A program made the translations under genes and the position numbers. Shown here piece after piece: positions 60,225 to 64,000 of a DNA stretch of 64,000 bases. This stretch comes from an uncultured Gemmatimonadales bacterium (GTDB lineage Bacteria; Gemmatimonadota; Gemmatimonadetes; Gemmatimonadales; Gemmatimonadaceae), in NCBI GenBank assembly GCA_963850905.1, contig CAWKMU010000004.1, forward strand, positions 416,001 through 480,000, read 5' to 3'. Each line of letters begins with the position of its first letter. The first letter of the stretch is position 1. The notes beneath the pieces were generated by a model that saw only the letters and a program-made list of their open reading frames with translations, was not told where the DNA came from and searched no databases.

Positions 60225-60800
60225 TCAAGCAGTCTCGTAGCCGTCGAGCAGCGCGTGATGCAACAGGAGTCGGGCCTTGCGCCACTCGCGCTGCACGGTG
60301 CGGTCGGACACCCCGCGCAGCGTCGCGATCTCGGCGAAGGCAAATCCACAGAAAAAGTGCAGGTCCACCAGCTCCGCGAGGCCGGGTGCAATTGCCGCGA
60401 GCTCGTCGAGCGCATCCCCCAGTCGGGTCAGCTCATCACTGGTGCGCATCTGCTCTGCCGACGCCGCCTGCTCGTCGGCCAGTGTGATCTCAAACCGACG
60501 ATCCCGCTTCGCAGCTTGCCGCCGACGGGCGAAGTCGATCACGAGACCGCGCATGGCTCGCGATGCGTACGCGAGAAAGCGTGCCTGGTCCGGGAACGCG
60601 ACGTCGTCGCGTCCAGTCATGTTGAGATAGGCTTCGTGAAGAAGCGTCGTTGGGGTCAGCGTGAGAGAACCACCCGCTCGCCGCAGCGCGCCCTCCGCGA
60701 GCCGGTGTAACTCCGCATAGAGGAGCGCAAAAAGCGCGTCCAGCGCCTCCGGCTCCGAGCGGTCCGCACGCTGAATCAACAGGTCGAACCCGTGCTCCAC
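60225..60800 (-). CDS. ECF sigma factor, TIGR02999/ECF43-like
   Basis: LYAELHRLA, TLTPTTLLHEAYL, AMRGLVIDFAR and TVQREWRKAR. Confidence 0.92.
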   Translation of the reverse strand: MEHGFDLLIQRADRSEPEALDALFALLYAELHRLAEGALRRAGGSLTLTPTTLLHEAYLNMTGRDDVAFPDQARFLAYASRAMRGLVIDFARRRQAAKRDRRFEITLADEQAASAEQMRTSDELTRLGDALDELAAIAPGLAELVDLHFFCGFAFAEIATLRGVSDRTVQREWRKARLLLHHALLDGYETA

Positions 60801-60990
60801 CCCGTCTCTCTCCGTCTGTGAACGCGGTGCGACGTGAGTTCCGAACTCCCGCCCTGATCACGTCTCAACGCCACGCGAAGTAACACTAGGTCGGCTTCAA
60901 GTGAGAAGGCCTCAGACCTAATGTGACGGAGTTCTGCATGAGGTGGAGGGGGCGCAAAGCATGAGGCTGCTGCGTTGGTCCCGATCACTC

Positions 60991-61209
60991 GCGAGCACCT
61001 ATCGCGTCGACGGTGACTCGCTCACGTTTGGCCCGATCGCGATGACGCGGATGGCGTGCCGGGAAGGCATGGAGACCGAGACGGCACTTGTGTCTGCGCT
61101 GGCACAGGTCGGGAGGTGGAGCACAGAGGCGAGACACTTGTCCCTGTCCGACTCCACTGGAAAGACTCTGGCTCAGTTTGAGGCGCGTGACACCGCGAGC
61201 GTGAAGTGA
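60991..61209 (+). pseudogene. C-terminal fragment of a META (HslJ-like) domain
   Basis: TYRVDGDSLTFGPIAMTRMAC...LSLSDSTGKTLAQF. The N-terminal part is not seen. Confidence 0.65.
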
Positions 61210-61245
61210 GGTGTCCTTCGTTCGAGCCTACCCACGTTTCGCGAA

Positions 61246-61584
61246 CTACGTGGTGGTCGTCGAACCCGGTTGCGGCGGCTCCTCGGTGCTAAGCGCGACA
61301 CCGTCCTGGCCCGAAGGCACCGCAGGGCGGATCGGCACTTTCTCGGTGCGCCGCCACGGCTGACGCGGCTCCGCATGTCGAGCGACCATCGCGTCGTAGT
61401 ATGCGACGATCCGTGCTCGCACCGAATCCTCGGTGTCGCCCGCGCTCGAATGAAACGGGGCGTAGCGATGACTGTCGCTCGACACCGTGAACCACCACCA
61501 GGGGGGTGTGTGTGGCCTCCGGGCCTCTTCGATCCGGCAGACGAACATCCGCCCAGCGTCTTCGAACGTAAAAGTTTCCTTCAC
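61246..61584 (-). CDS. Hypothetical protein
   Basis: FTFEDAGRMFVC...WWWFTVSSD..RYAPF...RARIVAYY. Confidence 0.7.
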   Translation of the reverse strand: MKETFTFEDAGRMFVCRIEEARRPHTPPWWWFTVSSDSHRYAPFHSSAGDTEDSVRARIVAYYDAMVARHAEPRQPWRRTEKVPIRPAVPSGQDGVALSTEEPPQPGSTTTT

Positions 61585-61719
61585 ATCGTCCCTGGCTGAG
61601 GTCTCGTAACGACCGCCTGCTGCGAAGCATCCGTCTGTCGACGGACGCTTCGCCGCGGCTGTTCTACCGAGAGTCGCCACCCGAGCCCTTGCTTGCCCAG
61701 GAGCGGCGAAGGGGTGGTG

Positions 61720-61935
61720 CTACTTCTGGCCGATCTTCGTGACGTTCTCGGCGGCAGGCCCTTTCTGACCTTGGACAATGTCGAACTCAACGCGGTCCCC
61801 TTCCGACAGCGACCGGAACCCGCCTCCCTGAATCGCCGAATGGTGGACGAAACAGTCCTTCTGACCGTTCTCGGGAGTAATGAAACCAAAGCCCTTGCTG
61901 TCGTTGAACCACTTTACTGTTCCGGTCGTGCGCAT
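61720..61935 (-). CDS. Cold-shock protein (CspA family)
   Basis: [24 protein letters not shown] and [16 protein letters not shown]. Confidence 0.96.
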   Translation of the reverse strand: MRTTGTVKWFNDSKGFGFITPENGQKDCFVHHSAIQGGGFRSLSEGDRVEFDIVQGQKGPAAENVTKIGQK

Positions 61936-62291
61936 GCGAAAACTCCTACTCGTCGTACTTCGTGATGTCGAGAGCGTTAGCGGGCCGCGCCCCACGACGT
62001 ATTGGACATACCTGCCCCAACATGGTGCAGGAACGAGCGATCATTGCAAAAGCGTCCACAGAACTGAAGCAAAAAGCCCTCGCCAGAGCGAGGGCCACAA
62101 TTGTGGCGGCGCATTCGCCGCGAATGTCGCTCCTTGAAGTTAGAGGCCTGACGCGTTTGTGGCAAGGACGCCACGCAAACAGCCGACGAGCCCGCGTCTA
62201 GCGGTCCAACGTTGAGATTGACGCCATCTCTTACCGGTATTCTACCCCGTGGCCTCAATCAGGCCGGAACGCACTCCCTGGGTAGCAGCCG

Positions 62292-62333
62292 TCCACCGTC
62301 TGGCGCCGAGTGTCTAGCGTCCAGCGTCCAGCG
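62292..62333 (+). repeat. TCYAGCG heptamer tandem repeat
   Basis: tctagcg tccagcg tccagcg with degenerate upstream units. Confidence 0.7.
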
Positions 62334-62376
62334 TCCCCGTGCTACACCAACCCGACACATCGCTCATCTTTCTGGA

Positions 62377-62919
62377 ATGGACAGAACGCCAGATCAGACG
62401 CTCTTCAGAGTCGTCGAGAGCCCGGTTGGCAAACTCCTGCTCACCGCCCGGGACGCTGGCCTGACCTCCGTGTTGTTCGAGCCGCACGACCCGAGCACTA
62501 CCGCCGACTGCCATCCCGGCGAGGACGCCAGCGGCGAGGCCTTCCTCATCCTCGAGTTGGCCCGTGTGCAACTCGCCGCCTACTTTGCGGGCGATCTCAC
62601 GATGTTTGACCTGCCGCTCGCACCTGCGGGCACGGCGTTTCAACGCCGCGTGTGGGGCACGCTCCGGGAAATACGGTTTGGAGAGTCGACGAGCTACGGC
62701 GAGCTTGCCCGCCAGATCGGCGCCCCAAAGGGTGCGCGCGCCGTCGGCGCGGCAAACGGCCGTAACCCGCTCCCGATCATCGTGCCTTGCCACCGAGTGA
62801 TCGGCGCGGACGGCACCCTGACCGGTTTCGGCGGGGGTATGCACCGGAAGCAATGGCTGCTCGAGCACGAGCGCGCCGTCTTGCGAGCGAGAGGTGAGCT
62901 GAGTTTCGCACTGCTATAA
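62377..62919 (+). CDS. ogt: Methylated-DNA-protein-cysteine methyltransferase
   Basis: [21 protein letters not shown] and IVPCHRV. Confidence 0.93.
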   Translation: MDRTPDQTLFRVVESPVGKLLLTARDAGLTSVLFEPHDPSTTADCHPGEDASGEAFLILELARVQLAAYFAGDLTMFDLPLAPAGTAFQRRVWGTLREIRFGESTSYGELARQIGAPKGARAVGAANGRNPLPIIVPCHRVIGADGTLTGFGGGMHRKQWLLEHERAVLRARGELSFALL

Positions 62920-63064
62920 GCGGAGTCGAAACCAACCACGACGGGGACGACAGCCTGCTCTGCCGCCTCCTCTCCGTTCCCTGCATGCTCGCCCGCGAAG
63001 CGAAGCGCCTTGTGTACTTTCTACTTTCTGTGGTTCTACTCTCTCGGCCGCGAGCGGCCGTGTA

Positions 63065-63078
63065 GACACCTTGGTCCA
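63065..63078. promoter_or_regulatory. Palindromic box GACACC-TT-GGTCCA
   Basis: Just upstream of ATG 63115, with the same GGTCCACTAG flank as the 13437 box. Confidence 0.55.
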
Positions 63079-63114
63079 CTAGCTCGTCCGCGCCCTGCAT
63101 GTCGATTGTGCGAG

Positions 63115-64000
63115 ATGTCTACCGAACCAAGAAGCCCTGACGAGCCGCGAGGTCGCGAGACGACCCGGCGGCCCGAACCCGCGCCCAAAGCCGCACAATC
63201 GGTCGAGCGCGAGGTCCCGGTACCCGCGCCCAGCGTGTCTCCCGCTGAGGCACTCGAGATCGCGACCGACGCATACGTGTATGCATATCCGATGGTGCTG
63301 CTGCAGCTCACCGCCCGCGCCATGACAAACGTCGTCGACGCGGAAGCCGGCCGCGCGCCACTGAATCAATTCGCGCACATGCGCACGTTTCCCGACCCGA
63401 CGTTTACCAACGTCGTCCGTCCCAATGCCGACACGCTGTACTCATCACTCTTCTTCGACGTGGCAAGCGACCCGTTGGTGATCGATGTCCCGGACGCCGC
63501 GGAGCGCTATTACCTCCTTCCCGTGCTTGATTCGTGGACGGATGTCTTCGCCTCACCGGGAAAGCGCACGACTGGGACCGCGATGCAACGGTTCGCGATC
63601 GTCGGACCGCGCTGGCACGGTACGTTGCCCCCGGGCGTCAATGAAATTCGGTCGCCGACCTCCCGAGGCTGGGTGATCGGCCGCACGCAAACGAACGGCG
63701 AGCGCGACTACGATGCCGTCCATGTATTCCAGGATGGCCTCTCGGCGACACCGCTCCAGGCCCTGGGCAAGCGACTGCCGCCGGAAAAGGGCACGCGCAA
63801 TCCTCAGCTGGACGAGAGCGCCCCGGTGGAACAGGTCGATCGGATGGACGCGGAGAGCTTCTGGGCGCTCTTCGCCAACGCCGTCGCCGGGAATGCACCG
63901 CACGCAAACGACTACCCGATGCTGGCGCGCCTGCAGCGCATAGGCGTCGCCCCGGGCCGGGGATTGGACCTCGCGTCCCTCCTCCCGGCATCGCGCCAGG
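63115..64000 (+). CDS. DUF1254 family protein (3' end runs off the window; absent from the ORF track)
   Basis: IATDAYVYAYPMV, PLNQFAH, VVRPNADTLYSS, RYYLLP.LD.WTDVFASPGKRTTG. Confidence 0.9.
   Translation, partial: MSTEPRSPDEPRGRETTRRPEPAPKAAQSVEREVPVPAPSVSPAEALEIATDAYVYAYPMVLLQLTARAMTNVVDAEAGRAPLNQFAHMRTFPDPTFTNVVRPNADTLYSSLFFDVASDPLVIDVPDAAERYYLLPVLDSWTDVFASPGKRTTGTAMQRFAIVGPRWHGTLPPGVNEIRSPTSRGWVIGRTQTNGERDYDAVHVFQDGLSATPLQALGKRLPPEKGTRNPQLDESAPVEQVDRMDAESFWALFANAVAGNAPHANDYPMLARLQRIGVAPGRGLDLASLLPASRQ

Noticed and set aside
57496..60894. Weak box-like sites at 57496 and 60881
   Set aside because: They have too many mismatches to the consensus to count as regulon members.
61936..62200. 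cspA-type thermoregulator RNA in the 5' UTR
   Set aside because: Plausible by position, but I cannot support it from the sequence by eye.
1..64000. Prophage, transposase, integrase, defence system, rRNA or tRNA
   Set aside because: No diagnostic motifs were recognised in the window.

Overview
High-GC bacterial chromosome segment. The gene families (BlaI/M56-HEAT, carboxypeptidase-regulatory-like proteins, DUF305/LVIVD, TIGR02999-type ECF with Ser/Thr kinase) suggest Gemmatimonadota, which is an inference. I saw no rRNA, tRNA, CRISPR array, integrase or transposase. Contents in order: a BlaI/M56-HEAT/HEAT operon; stress and repair genes (dioxygenase-esterase fusion, alkA, dps, tag, ogt, csp); a 13.4-39.6 kb envelope and signalling island with three histidine kinases, two FixJ-type regulators, two stand-alone receivers, several beta-barrels, three OmpA-domain proteins, an FGE-like gene and a MIP-like gene; a GltD-like/2-oxoacid:ferredoxin oxidoreductase operon with many indels; a pcaHGBDC-pobA operon; DUF305/LVIVD; a kinase/ECF pair; and a partial DUF1254 gene. 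The strongest unexplained signal is a 14-bp palindrome, consensus TNGACC-WW-GGTCYA. It is found upstream of most transcription units of the island and of the distant DUF1254 gene, which suggests an undescribed regulon. Intergenic DNA also carries GTAG-type REP-like hairpins and 7-mer tandem repeats, mostly in one orientation. Several isolated +1 indels look like long-read errors. All family calls come from motif recognition by eye, with no database searches.
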